DNA of 64,000 nt from NCBI RefSeq assembly GCF_006345805.1, contig NW_021833050.1, positions 28,740 through 92,739 of the forward strand, read 5' to 3'. The position numbers were made by a program, and so were the translations under genes. The notes under the pieces were generated by a model that worked only from the letters and a program-made list of their open reading frames with translations, was not told the origin of the DNA and did no database searches. Positions 62,868 to 64,000 of the stretch are shown one piece after another. Source of the DNA: Octopus sinensis. Taxonomy: Eukaryota. Positions within the stretch are counted from its first letter, which is position 1; every line of letters starts with the position of its first letter.

Positions 62868-64000
62868 CTATATAAGTAAAAAAACAGGTAGTGCATTGCA
62901 TTATATAGAATATCTCGATGGATTGAAGAGAAAGAACACAACAACCAACAAAAACAAAAAAAATTGAAAAAATGTTAAAACATAACAAGCAGAAAATTGG
63001 ACAAAAGCAAGAATGCATGGAAAATTTTGCAGCTGCTGTCCAAGACATCCTGGTGCTGCCAAGATGGAGTGGTTCTCAATGTTAAAAGCATGAAACCACT
63101 AGTATGTCTTGGACATTGACTGATGAGGGAACCAGCTGTGAATTTTTCCTGTATTGTGTTTCGTCTAATTCTTCTCTTTGTTTTGGTTCTTTCTGTTCAA
63201 CCCTTGAAATACTCTCTCTCTCACACACACACACACATGCATGTATATGTGTATGTAAGAAATTAGAATGACAAAGGGATAAGCAATTATGTTTTGAACA
63301 TCCATTAGCTTACAGCTGTTTCTGATATAAGATGCAATACACTCATAGGTGTTTATTCCTTCATCATTCTAATTCCTTATTATCACTCTTTACTCAAGTA
63401 AAGCTTCACTCTGAAGCATAATGTATATTGAATTCTAACACTAGTTCATTCACATTGTTTTTAATTAATCAGCTTCAGGATTCCATGATACGACTGTTTA
63501 TTTCTAGGATGACATTGTAGGCTAGGTATGAAAGGCTGGATCTAGCCAGTAAAACAGGTTAGAACATTTGCGCCAAAAATGACCAGTATACCCTTTAGCA
63601 TTCAATTTACTCTGATTAAACTAAAGCTATTAAAATGGAGCACTCCGTTGGTTAGATGACAAGGGCCCCAGCTGATACGATCAACAGAACAGCCTGCTCG
63701 TGAAATTAATGTGCAAGTGGCTGAGCACTCCACAGACACGTGTACCCTTAAACGTAGTTCTCAGGGAGATTCAGCGTGACACACAGTGTGACAAGGCCGG
63801 CCCTTTGAAATACAGGTACAACTCATTTTTTGCCAGCTGAGTGGACTGGAGCAACATGAAATAAGTGTCTTGCTCAAGGGACACAATGCGTCGTTGGAAT
63901 CGACTCACGACCTTGCAATCGTGAGCCGAATGCCCTAACCACTAAACCACGCGCCTCCGAACTAACTAAAGTATATAATGCTTATATATTTACATTGTTT

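Overview
This is a repeat-saturated, AT-rich animal (eukaryotic) genomic window. The SINE repertoire matches my recollection of octopod cephalopods (Octopus); that assignment is an inference and was not checked against a database. Almost all ORFs in the supplied track are artefacts of (AT)n/(GT)n microsatellites or of SINE/LINE fragments. Reading splice sites by hand gives two real genes, arranged tail-to-tail. The first is a 7-exon PDZD11 orthologue on the + strand (1061-19378, 151 aa, all introns GT-AG), which the ORF track misses entirely. The second is a Tim8/TIMM8 small-Tim chaperone on the - strand (29038-29301). Tim8 has an inferred non-coding first exon, and a decayed DNA-level tandem duplicate lies about 6-7 kb away (35064-38830). 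The rest is tRNA-derived SINEs (three families), RTE/CR1/R4-type LINE 3' ends, Tc1/mariner relics, non-autonomous Helitrons and several MITEs. The most unusual signal is a set of hammerhead-ribozyme folds of the Penelope-like/retrozyme type. These include a mirrored pair in a 275-bp fold-back (26529-26804), a minimal dimer-type hammerhead (25906-25953), and a 14-copy ~241-bp intronic tandem array whose unit carries a degenerate hammerhead-like fold. Four different TE fragments have also been tandemly amplified one after another along PDZD11. There is no evidence of prokaryotic features, CRISPR arrays or true tRNA/rRNA genes.
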